32,000 bases of DNA from Dehalococcoidia bacterium (GTDB lineage: Bacteria; Chloroflexota; Dehalococcoidia; Lucifugimonadales; Australimonadaceae): the NCBI GenBank assembly GCA_965219425.1, contig OZ244741.1, positions 949,324 through 981,323 of the forward strand. Direction: 5' to 3'. Numbering within the stretch: the stretch's first letter is position 1; each line of letters begins with the position of its first letter. The notes beneath the pieces are model-generated. The model saw only the letters and a list, made by a program, of their open reading frames with translations. It searched no databases and was not told the origin of the DNA. Positions 24,821 to 31,880 of the stretch are shown in pieces. Made by a program: the position numbers and the translations under genes.

Positions 24821-26086
24821 ATGGCCGAGAAACCTATCAAGCTCGGCGTCATCGGCATCGGGGTCGGCGCGGTCGAGATACTTCCGGCGATGGAAGCCTC
24901 GCCGCTCGTCGACCTCGTGGCGGGGGCCGACATCAACCCCGAGGTCCGGGCTCGCTTCAAGGAGCGCTACCCGGACACGCGGGTCTACGCGAGCGCCGAG
25001 GAGCTGTGCGCCGACCCCGGCGTCGAGGCCGTCTGGATATCGACGCCGAACGTCTACCACGCCCCGATGACCATCCTGGCCGCGAACCACGGCAAGCACG
25101 TCGTCGTCGAGAAGCCGATGGCCATCAACCTCCAAGAGGCGGAGGCGATGGTCGAAGCGGCGGATCGCAACGGCGTCAGGCTCGTAGCGGGCCACACGCA
25201 GAGCTTCCACCCGCGCTTCCGGCTCACCCGGCAGATCGTCCGGTCCGGCGAGCTGGGGGAGCTCGGGGCCATCAACATCTTCTCGTACACGGACTGGGTG
25301 ATCCGTCCGCGAACGCCCGAGGAGCTTGACCCGCATCAGGGCGGCGGCCTCGTCTACCGGCAGACGCCGCACCAGATCGACACGATCCGCCTCATCGGCG
25401 GCGGCAGGTTGCGCAGCGTGCGGGGCAGCTACGGACAGTGGATGAAGGAACGCCCCATTCCCGGCTATTACGCGGCGTTCCTGGAGTTCGAGAGCGGCGT
25501 GCCGGCGGTCGCGATTCACAACGGCTACGGCCACTTCATGATTTCGGAGTTCACGCCATGGGACTCGCGGAACGGCCCCCAGTTCGACCACAGGGAGCGT
25601 GAGCAGATCCTGCGGAACATGCGCGCAGGCACGCGCCAAGAGGAAAAGGAGAAGCTGTCGCTCCGCATCGGCGGCGACAGGGAGCGTGAGATTTTCCGCC
25701 CCGGCGGGGTCAGTGGAACGGGCGGCGGCATGATCAGCGCCTACGACGTGGGTGTCTGGGTCGTGTCGTGCGAGAAGGGCGAGATACGCCAAGCCCCTTA
25801 CGGCATCTATGTCTACACGGACGACGGGGTACGCGAGATAACCCTCGAAAGCAGCGGCGTCGGCCGCGACCAGGAGCTCGTCGAGCTCTACAACTCGACG
25901 GTCTTGGGCAAACCCCTCTTCCACAGCGGCGAGTGGGGCATGGCCACCCTCGAAGTCGGCCTCGCCATCTTGGAGTCCGGCAGGACGCACAAGCAGATCC
26001 AGCTGACGCGCCAGATCGAGATGCCCGACGAGTACGACGTCGAGTACAAGGTGACGCCCGCCAAGGACGAGCTGGTTAGCCTTTAA
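24821..26086 (+). CDS. Gfo/Idh/MocA-family oxidoreductase, phthalate dihydrodiol dehydrogenase-like; paralog 3
   Basis: GVIGIGVGA, HVVVEKPMAI, AGHTQSF and YTDWVIRPRTPEELDPHQGGGLVYRQTPHQIDTIRLIGGG. GAGGAG SD, 12 nt after the paralog 2 stop. Confidence 0.85.
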   Translation: MAEKPIKLGVIGIGVGAVEILPAMEASPLVDLVAGADINPEVRARFKERYPDTRVYASAEELCADPGVEAVWISTPNVYHAPMTILAANHGKHVVVEKPMAINLQEAEAMVEAADRNGVRLVAGHTQSFHPRFRLTRQIVRSGELGELGAINIFSYTDWVIRPRTPEELDPHQGGGLVYRQTPHQIDTIRLIGGGRLRSVRGSYGQWMKERPIPGYYAAFLEFESGVPAVAIHNGYGHFMISEFTPWDSRNGPQFDHREREQILRNMRAGTRQEEKEKLSLRIGGDREREIFRPGGVSGTGGGMISAYDVGVWVVSCEKGEIRQAPYGIYVYTDDGVREITLESSGVGRDQELVELYNSTVLGKPLFHSGEWGMATLEVGLAILESGRTHKQIQLTRQIEMPDEYDVEYKVTPAKDELVSL

Positions 26087-26147
26087 GGAGGGGGCCTGCG
26101 CCCGGCCCTGTCGGCCCCGTCGCTCTCGTAGCAAGCGCCGCCCGGCG

Positions 26148-26357
26148 AATCGTGGCGGGTTCTTTGGCAAACCTGTCGAACCACGGGCGAACGCCCTCAG
26201 GCGACCGCCCCACTGGTTCGTGGTGAGCCTGTCGAACCACGGGCGAACGCCCTCAGGCGAACGCCCCACTGGTTCGTGGTGGGCCTGTCGAACCACGGGC
26301 AAACGCCCTCAGGCGACCGCCCCCACTGGTTCGTGGTGAGCCTGTCGAACCACGGGC
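26148..26357. repeat. Tandem array C: 56-57-bp unit x about 3.5 (CCTGTCGAACCACGGGCGAACGCCCTCAGGCGACCGCCCCACTGGTTCGTGGTGAG), hairpin TGGTTCG-N12-CGAACCA spanning unit junctions
   Basis: CCTGTCGAA recurs at 26172, 26228, 26284 and 26341. It shares its core with the single elements at 18177-18229 and 20640-20697. Confidence 0.9.
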
Positions 26358-26445
26358 GAGCATGACGCTCCACAGCCGCAGGCGCCCCGCGCGCGGGGTA
26401 TACTCCGGCCAAAGACAAGTCGAACGCGAATAGGAGGAGCAAACG

Positions 26446-27528
26446 ATGACTATCTCGGTTTCACACGGCGGCGGGTCGACGGTGCTGACGGCGGACGCGC
26501 CCAGCGACGAGGCGCTCATCGGCACGGTCGACGGGGTCGTCCGGATCGTGCGTGGCGCGGCAGGCTGGACGGCGACAGAGCGCACGTTGCAGGGGCTGCA
26601 CATCCACGCGCTGGTGCAGGACCCCCAGAGCGGCGTCTGGTTCTGCGGCGTCGAGCACGGCGGCGTCTACGCCAGCGAGGACGACGGCCGCACCTGGTCG
26701 AAGCGCAACGACGGCATCACGGAGCAGGACATCTACAGCCTCTCCGTCGCAGAGGTCGACGGCAAGACGCGCGTATTCGTGGGCACGGAGCCGGCCCATC
26801 TGTTCATCAGCGATGACCTGGGGCGGACGTGGACGGAGAAGCCCGCCCTCCACGCCCAGGAAACCGGCGAGTGGAGGTTCCCCGGCCCGCCCCATATCGC
26901 GCACCTGAAGCACATCAGCTTCCGCCCCGGCGACACGAGCACCGTGTACGCCAGCATCGAGCAGGGCGGCCTCTACCGCTCCACCGACGGCGGCGACACC
27001 TTCGACGAGATCCCCGGCATGTACAACGACGTCCACCGGCTCGTATCGAACCCGTCGGACGCCAACCGCATGTTCGTCACCGGCGGCATGGGCCTCTGGC
27101 TCTCCCGCGACTACGGCGCGACGTGGGAGAACGTGTTCAGCAGAGGAAGCGAGTTCGGCGGCTACCCCGACCAGCTCGTCTTCAAGCCGAGCGACCCCTC
27201 CTACATGCTCATCACTGCGGGACAGGAGAGCCCCGGCTCATGGCGCCGCGACCGCACGGCGCAGACTCGTATCTCCCGCAGCCGCGACGCAGGCGAGACC
27301 TGGGAGGTGCTGAGCGCCCCCGGCTTGGACGACAAGTTCGTCCCCAGTGTCGAGGCGATGACCCTGGAGGAGAGCGGCTCCGTCGTGCAGGTCTTCGCCG
27401 CCACCTCCCACGGCGAGGTCCTCTGGTCCGAGGACGGCGGCGATTCTTGGCGGAAAGCCGTCGCCGGCCTCGCCCCAGTCTCCAAAGGCGGCCACTACCA
27501 CGCCTTCGCAAGCGACCCGCGCGCGTGA
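26446..27528 (+). CDS. BNR/Asp-box repeat beta-propeller protein (sialidase-fold / Ycf48-like), no signal peptide
   Basis: Six Asp-box motifs (SxDxGxTW-like): SEDDGRTWS, SDDLGRTWT, STDGGDTFD, SRDYGATWE, SRDAGETWE and SEDGGDSWR. A TAGGAGGAG SD lies upstream. Confidence 0.8.
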   Translation: MTISVSHGGGSTVLTADAPSDEALIGTVDGVVRIVRGAAGWTATERTLQGLHIHALVQDPQSGVWFCGVEHGGVYASEDDGRTWSKRNDGITEQDIYSLSVAEVDGKTRVFVGTEPAHLFISDDLGRTWTEKPALHAQETGEWRFPGPPHIAHLKHISFRPGDTSTVYASIEQGGLYRSTDGGDTFDEIPGMYNDVHRLVSNPSDANRMFVTGGMGLWLSRDYGATWENVFSRGSEFGGYPDQLVFKPSDPSYMLITAGQESPGSWRRDRTAQTRISRSRDAGETWEVLSAPGLDDKFVPSVEAMTLEESGSVVQVFAATSHGEVLWSEDGGDSWRKAVAGLAPVSKGGHYHAFASDPRA

Positions 27529-27555
27529 GTGGGACGTAACCCCGGCCAAGCAAGA

Positions 27556-27591
27556 GAGGCCCCGGCCATGCGCCGGGGCCTCTTCATTTGG
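27556..27591. terminator. Intrinsic terminator (bidirectional candidate): GAGGCCCCGGC-CATGC-GCCGGGGCCTC followed by TTCATTTGG
   Basis: Perfect 11-bp GC-rich stem plus a T-rich tail on the plus strand, 28 nt after the BNR gene stop. On the minus strand the stem is followed by TCTCTTGCTTG. A second hairpin, GTTGGATG-CC-CATCCAAC, sits at 27616-27633. Confidence 0.7.
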
Positions 27592-27695
27592 ATGCAGCAT
27601 GCGGGTCCCGTACGTGTTGGATGCCCATCCAACTTTGCAGTGGGCGTTGCTTGTCGGGGCAAGGCCGGAGCCCGGTTATCCGCGCCCCTCAGTCC

Positions 27696-27899
27696 TCAGC
27701 CCTCATCGTCATCGTCGTCTTCGGAGCCGTCGTCCCACTCGCCGCACCAGTCGGTCGAGCGCACCCAGGGCCAGATCGCGACGCCTGCCTCGTTGACGTG
27801 TGGAGGGTTGGAGCGGCAGAGCCCCGCGTATTCGCTGAAGGCGGGGTCCATACGCCCATCGAGGTATATACAGGTGGCGCAGGTGTGGTCGTCGTCCAT
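27696..27899 (-). CDS. Hypothetical small four-Cys protein (67 aa) with poly-acidic C-terminus
   Basis: AAGGAG SD 10 nt upstream of the ATG at 27899. Cys pattern C7-x2-C10 ... C28 ... C52 (HTCATCIYL, GLCRSNPP, DWCGEW) and tail DDGSEDDDDDEG. No named family was recalled. Confidence 0.55.
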   Translation of the reverse strand: MDDDHTCATCIYLDGRMDPAFSEYAGLCRSNPPHVNEAGVAIWPWVRSTDWCGEWDDGSEDDDDDEG

Positions 27900-27947
27900 G
27901 TGGTAGTTGCTCCTTGTAGCAGGTGAGGTCCGTAATGGGGCAGCGTC

Positions 27948-27978
27948 AAACGTTCAAATGCGCCCCGCCCGTCACCGG
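27948..27978. repeat. Left copy of perfect 31-bp direct repeat AAACGTTCAAATGCGCCCCGCCCGTCACCGG (orphan copy of the SDR gene 3' end)
   Basis: Identical to 28507-28537. On the minus strand it reads PVTGGAHLNV followed by TGA. Confidence 0.95.
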
Positions 27979-28025
27979 GGCCTCTTGCTACTGCCCACTA
28001 AGGCTGATACGCCTTCGGCCCAAAG

Positions 28026-28343
28026 TTACGCATATGAGTCGATTTCGTCGACGCATGACTGTGTATGAGGATCGTAATTGCTTGAGGTATACCACTCGCC
28101 TTCGCGGACTGACACGTCCGAGAGCTTATCAATGTCGATGCGTCGCCAATTGTCTTCGGAACCAGTCGGAGCAAGCCCGCTCTTGCTATCGCCTCCGAAC
28201 TGATAGAAGAACGCCCGGTAATGGCCATTCTTCGTTCCTATGACATGCGGGCACATCTCCCGGCGACGACCATCGTATGTCGCGCTGATCTGCCGCTTCC
28301 CAAGGATAGCGTCCCGAATGGTGATGTAATCGTTGTGCGCCAT
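28026..28343 (-). CDS. Hypothetical 105-aa protein, WYL-like / SH3-type beta-barrel suspected, encoded in the low-GC insert
   Basis: The ORF has a GGGGGA SD. The pattern ISATYDGRRREMCPHVIGTKNGHYRAFFYQFGG...NWRRIDIDKLSDV resembles the WYL-domain logic (beta-hairpins followed by W-R-x-[FI]-x-[IL]-[DS]-[KR]-[IL]). This is a memory-based, weak assignment. Confidence 0.5.
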   Translation of the reverse strand: MAHNDYITIRDAILGKRQISATYDGRRREMCPHVIGTKNGHYRAFFYQFGGDSKSGLAPTGSEDNWRRIDIDKLSDVSVREGEWYTSSNYDPHTQSCVDEIDSYA

Positions 28344-28504
28344 CGAGTTATATCCCCCTATCCCACCAGCTTGGGCTGCTTGGCCGGCTTACGCCCCAGA
28401 TGCTGTCGCTTCAAGGATAGTGTTGCGGAAAGCGCGGAAAGCTACGAGACGTGTTGCGGTGCCTCGTTGGGAGTGGCCATGCTCATACGGCGAGTATACC
28501 GCCC

Positions 28505-29257
28505 CTAAACGTTCAAATGCGCCCCGCCCGTCACCGGCAGGATCGCGCCGGTGATGTGCTTCGCGGCGTCGGAGGCAAGAAAGGCGATGGCTTCCGCTAC
28601 GTCCTCGGGCTCGCCGATCTTGCCCAGCGGCACGCGCCTCGCCATCGCCGCCTCGACCTCCGGCGTGATCTCCCCAACCATGGGGGTGGCCGTGGGGCCG
28701 GGAGCGACGCAGTTGACCCGAATGCCGTCGCGGGCGTGGTCAATCGCCATCGCCTCGGTCAGGTTGTGGACGCCGGCCTTGGCGGCCCCGTAGGCTGCCC
28801 GCCCCGCCGGGCCCCGGAAGCCGGATATTGCCGAAACGTTGATGACGACTCCTCCGCTGCCGCGCCGCTTCATGTCCAGCACCGCCGCCCGCGCTACGAG
28901 GAACGTGCCCGTGAGGTTGGTGTCGAGGGTGTCTCTCCAACGCTGAGGCGGGAGGTCCGCCACGGAGCCGGTGGCGCGGATGCCGGCGGCGTTCACCGCG
29001 ATGTCCACGCCGCCGTAGAGCGCGGCCGCCTGCTCGAAGGCCTGGCCGACCTCCTCCGAGGACCGGATGTCCGTGCTCACGAACGTCCCCTCCCCGCCCG
29101 CCTCGCGTATCGCCGTGAGCGTCGCCTCGCCCGCCTCGACGTTGCGGGAGAGCCCCACGACGTTCGCGCCCTCGGCGGCGAGGAGGACTGCCGCAGCCTG
29201 ACCGATGCCGGAGCCGAAGCCGGTCACGACCGCGGTCTTGCCGTCGAAGCGTCCCAT
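28505..29257 (-). CDS. Short-chain dehydrogenase/reductase (SDR) family oxidoreductase, FabG-like
   Basis: TGxxxGIG cofactor motif (VTGFGSGIGQA), NVSA, catalytic YGAAKAG (YxxxK) and PGPTATPM. The start ATG shares one nucleotide with the upstream gene's TGA (TGATG). Confidence 0.9.
   Translation of the reverse strand: MGRFDGKTAVVTGFGSGIGQAAAVLLAAEGANVVGLSRNVEAGEATLTAIREAGGEGTFVSTDIRSSEEVGQAFEQAAALYGGVDIAVNAAGIRATGSVADLPPQRWRDTLDTNLTGTFLVARAAVLDMKRRGSGGVVINVSAISGFRGPAGRAAYGAAKAGVHNLTEAMAIDHARDGIRVNCVAPGPTATPMVGEITPEVEAAMARRVPLGKIGEPEDVAEAIAFLASDAAKHITGAILPVTGGAHLNV
28507..28537. repeat. Right copy of perfect 31-bp direct repeat (functional 3' end of the SDR gene)
   Basis: Identical to 27948-27978. 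It encodes PVTGGAHLNV followed by TAG at 28505-28507. Confidence 0.95.
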
Positions 29258-30030
29258 CAGAGCGCCGGGAGCGGGTCGATCTTGCCCGCGGCGATCTCGG
29301 CGATGCGCGCCTCGTCAGGCGCCAGTCCGTACATTTCGGAGCGCATGCGGAGCCGTTCCGTGCATATCTCCATCAGCATCCGCAGGAGAGTCTCCAGCTC
29401 CTCGGGGTCGTCGAGCTCATTCTCGACGCTCTCGGCGCCGTGCTCGCCATGCCCGACCTCGTCGTCGTAGACAATCCGCGACGCCCCCTTGATTCGGAGC
29501 AGCAACGGGTCGTCCGTCTCGAGCGCCGCGCCTGCGTGGAATATCCCCGCGCCGCCGCCCTCGGCAAAGTTATAGGCGATGTGGGCCATCCGCTCGTCCT
29601 CGGCGATGAGACGGCTCCGCATCGCCTCGATGCGGGCGTCGCCGGGAAGGCGCAGGCCGTCCAGGTCCCTCATCAGCACCGGCTGCCCGGTGATGTCCTC
29701 TAGGATGTCGGCGAAGAGCCGAAAGTGCGTGAACTCTTGGCGCAGCGCCTCGAGCTGGTACTCCAGAGTGTCCCTGCCCTCCTTGGTCTCGGCGGCGGGA
29801 AGCCGGTCCCGCACGTTGTCGATGATCCACTGCATGCGGCTGTGGGGCCGGGCGAGCAGACCGGGGCCGCGCAGCTCGCGGTAGCACTGATGCCGGATCC
29901 AGTGGACGTGGTCCAGGGGCCGGTGGGGCGCGGTGAGGAAGTTGCGGGCGATCTCGGCCTCGCCGGCCCAGAAGCGCTGCCCCAGGGCGCGGATCCGGCT
30001 CTTCAGGTCGGCGGCGGTTGCGGTGGTCAT
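29257..30030 (-). CDS. Hypothetical ferritin-like (putative di-iron carboxylate) protein, paralog 1 (257 aa)
   Basis: Spacing of candidate ligands typical of four-helix-bundle di-iron proteins: GEAE (helix A), QEFTH = ExxH (helix B), FAEGGG (helix C), DDEVGHGEH = ExxH (helix D). AGGAG SD. About 45% identical by eye to the upstream paralog. Family not identified. Confidence 0.6.
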   Translation of the reverse strand: MTTATAADLKSRIRALGQRFWAGEAEIARNFLTAPHRPLDHVHWIRHQCYRELRGPGLLARPHSRMQWIIDNVRDRLPAAETKEGRDTLEYQLEALRQEFTHFRLFADILEDITGQPVLMRDLDGLRLPGDARIEAMRSRLIAEDERMAHIAYNFAEGGGAGIFHAGAALETDDPLLLRIKGASRIVYDDEVGHGEHGAESVENELDDPEELETLLRMLMEICTERLRMRSEMYGLAPDEARIAEIAAGKIDPLPAL

Positions 30031-30060
30031 GACGCTCTCCTGAGCGGGATTCTGAAGGGT

Positions 30061-30840
30061 CTAGCTCACAGCGTGGACGTTAAGAGGCGTGATGCGCCCG
30101 TCTGTGATCTCGGCGATGCGTGCCTCGTCCACGGGGAGACCGAACATCTCGTAGCGCATGCGGAGGCGCTGCTGGCAGATGACCACGACAATCTCCCTCG
30201 CCTCGGCCCACTCCTCCTCCGAGTCCAGGCTGTTGCCGAGCTCCGACGCCCCATGCTCGCCGTGCTCGGTCTCGTCCTCGAAGACGATGGCGCAGGCGGC
30301 GGCAATCCGGTCGGAGAGCGGATCGCCGCCGATCTTGCGCCCCTCATGGAAGAACGACGCGCCCCCGCCCTCGGTGAAGCCGATGGCGGCCTCGCCGACA
30401 CGCCCCCTGTCCTCGCGGGCGGACTGGCGCACCTGTTGGAGCTTCGCGTCCTCCGGCAGCTGCCAGCCGCGCAGCTTCTCCAGGCGCACGGGCTCGCCGA
30501 CGGCGTCCTCCAAGATATCGGCGAAGAGGCGGTAGTGGGTGAACTCCTCGCGCAGCACGCGGATGTCGCGCTCGAATTCGTTCCGCTGGGCCTTCGTTTG
30601 CGCCTCGGGCAAGGTCTGGGCAAGCCTTTCGATGAGGCCACGGATGATGCCGTCCGGGTGCCCGGCGAGGCCGGAACCGAACATCTCCTTGTAGACCTGC
30701 AAGCGCAGCCATCGCGCCTGCTCCTCGGTGGAGCGCGGCTCGCCCCAGAACTGACGGCATATCTCCGCTTCGCCCGCCCAGAAGCGCAGGGCTAGTTCGT
30801 TCATCTCGCCGGCCAGCTCACGTTTACGCTGTTCGTCCAT
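30061..30840 (-). CDS. Hypothetical ferritin-like (putative di-iron carboxylate) protein, paralog 2 (259 aa)
   Basis: Same conserved blocks: RFWAGEAEI, LREEFTHYRLFADILED, FTEGGGA, FEDETEHGEHGA, RLRMRYEMFGL and DEARIAEI. A strong AGGAGG SD lies 6 nt upstream of the ATG at 30840. Confidence 0.6.
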   Translation of the reverse strand: MDEQRKRELAGEMNELALRFWAGEAEICRQFWGEPRSTEEQARWLRLQVYKEMFGSGLAGHPDGIIRGLIERLAQTLPEAQTKAQRNEFERDIRVLREEFTHYRLFADILEDAVGEPVRLEKLRGWQLPEDAKLQQVRQSAREDRGRVGEAAIGFTEGGGASFFHEGRKIGGDPLSDRIAAACAIVFEDETEHGEHGASELGNSLDSEEEWAEAREIVVVICQQRLRMRYEMFGLPVDEARIAEITDGRITPLNVHAVS

Positions 30841-30990
30841 GCGCCCCTCCTAGCGGGGCTAGCCTACGACGGGCGGGCGCAGCCGGGCAAGCGCGCCGGA
30901 CATCCCCTGTCTTTCGGGATGACGCAACCCACCGCGCGCCGCCCGCAAACTACGCTCTGCCCTACCTCGCGCTGACGTATCCTCCCGCCC

Positions 30991-31533
30991 ATGACCACTG
31001 AGGAGCTGATCATCGCCGCCGTACGCGTCGCGGGCGCGCTGCTGGTCCTGCGCTGGGCGTTCGCCGGCGCGCTGTTCGCCATCGCCATTGACCTGTCCGA
31101 CCTCTTCATGATGAACCTGCTCGACCTGGGCGGCGTTCGCAACTACCAGGCGTTCGACAAGTGGCTGGACCTCGCGTACATGGCGACGTTCCTCTGGGTC
31201 GCGACGCGCTGGCAAGGGCCCCCGAGAACGATTGCGATAGCCCTGTTCGCCTACCGCATGGCGGGAGTGCTCGCGTTCGAGGTGGTAGGCAACCGCTGGG
31301 TCCTGCTCGCATTCCCCAACGTGTTCGAGTTCTGGTTCGTGTTCGTGGCGGGGGCGCGCCTATTCGCGCCGGCATACGAGCTCACGTGGCGGCGGTCGCT
31401 CGCGTGGCTCGTCCCGGTCGCCCTGCTGAAAGAGGCGCACGAGTACACCTTGCACGGCGCGCGGTGGCTGGACAACTACCGCGCCGTGGACGTGGTGGTG
31501 GACTTTTGGCGGTGGCTCAGGAAATTGCTGTGA
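30991..31533 (+). CDS. Hypothetical integral membrane protein (180 aa, about 5 TM helices)
   Basis: The ORF shows hydrophobic periodicity and aromatic-rich helices (FEFWFVFVAGARLF). No family was recognised and no clear SD is present. Confidence 0.5.
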   Translation: MTTEELIIAAVRVAGALLVLRWAFAGALFAIAIDLSDLFMMNLLDLGGVRNYQAFDKWLDLAYMATFLWVATRWQGPPRTIAIALFAYRMAGVLAFEVVGNRWVLLAFPNVFEFWFVFVAGARLFAPAYELTWRRSLAWLVPVALLKEAHEYTLHGARWLDNYRAVDVVVDFWRWLRKLL

Positions 31534-31551
31534 AGGTGTCTCCGGACGGCG

Positions 31552-31872
31552 TTACCCGGACAGCCGTGCGCTGACCAGCCTGTTCAGACTGACCCCTTCC
31601 TCAGCAGCTCGCAGCACGAGCTCACGATGTGTCTCTGGCGGAACGCGCACCATGAATCGCCCGCTGTAGGTGCGGTCCGCCAGCGGCGCCGGAGGCGATT
31701 CCCCGCTACCCTGCATGTCTTCGAGGATGCTGCTGACCAGCTGGCGGATGCCGGCGAAAGCCTCCTCGGGAGCGGGGGCCAGCCAGCTGAGTGACGGGAA
31801 CTCCGCGCACAGGCCAATGTGCGAGTCGTCCTCAGGCGACCAGGTCACGCGATAGGTATAGCGGTCAGCCAT
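31552..31872 (-). CDS. hicB: HicB-family antitoxin (N-terminal HicB fold plus C-terminal ribbon-helix-helix)
   Basis: YTYRVTWSPEDDSHIGLCAEFPSLSWLAPAPEEAFAGI is the typical HicB N-terminal domain. SGRFMVRVPPETHRELVLRAAEEGVSLNRLVSARL is the typical RHH tail. Confidence 0.75.
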   Translation of the reverse strand: MADRYTYRVTWSPEDDSHIGLCAEFPSLSWLAPAPEEAFAGIRQLVSSILEDMQGSGESPPAPLADRTYSGRFMVRVPPETHRELVLRAAEEGVSLNRLVSARLSG

Positions 31873-31880
31873 CGTGCCCC

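Larger units (their letters stand above)
27948..28537 (-). mobile_element. Putative integrated single-gene cassette or remnant island bounded by 31-bp direct repeats; low GC; no recombinase in the window
   Basis: Direct repeats sit at both ends. Hand count gives 50% G+C for 28041-28140 versus 71% for 29001-29100. It carries one ORF with its own SD. The right repeat forms the last codons of the SDR gene. Confidence 0.45.

Noticed and set aside
23081-26302. 1073-aa ORF on the minus strand spanning array B, two Gfo/Idh/MocA genes and array C
   Set aside because: It is a shadow ORF antisense to two well-supported plus-strand genes with clear motifs and SD sites. Its content is low-complexity and Arg/Gly/Pro/Leu-rich, typical of high-GC antisense frames. 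It runs straight through repeat arrays.
27923-28243. 106-aa plus-strand ORF running from the left direct repeat into the low-GC insert
   Set aside because: No SD and an odd composition. It is antisense to the better-supported 105-aa minus-strand ORF, which has an SD and a coherent domain-like pattern.
27948-28537. Integron gene cassette or IS/MITE interpretation of the repeat-flanked insert
   Set aside because: I could find no attC-like imperfect inverted repeat pair, no terminal inverted repeats at the insert ends, and no integrase or transposase in the window. I therefore kept only the neutral att-like scar description.
28451-30795. Long plus-strand ORFs (28451-29470, 29725-30795) opposite the SDR and ferritin-like genes
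   Set aside because: Antisense shadow ORFs in high-GC DNA. The minus-strand genes have SD sites, conserved motifs and paralog support.
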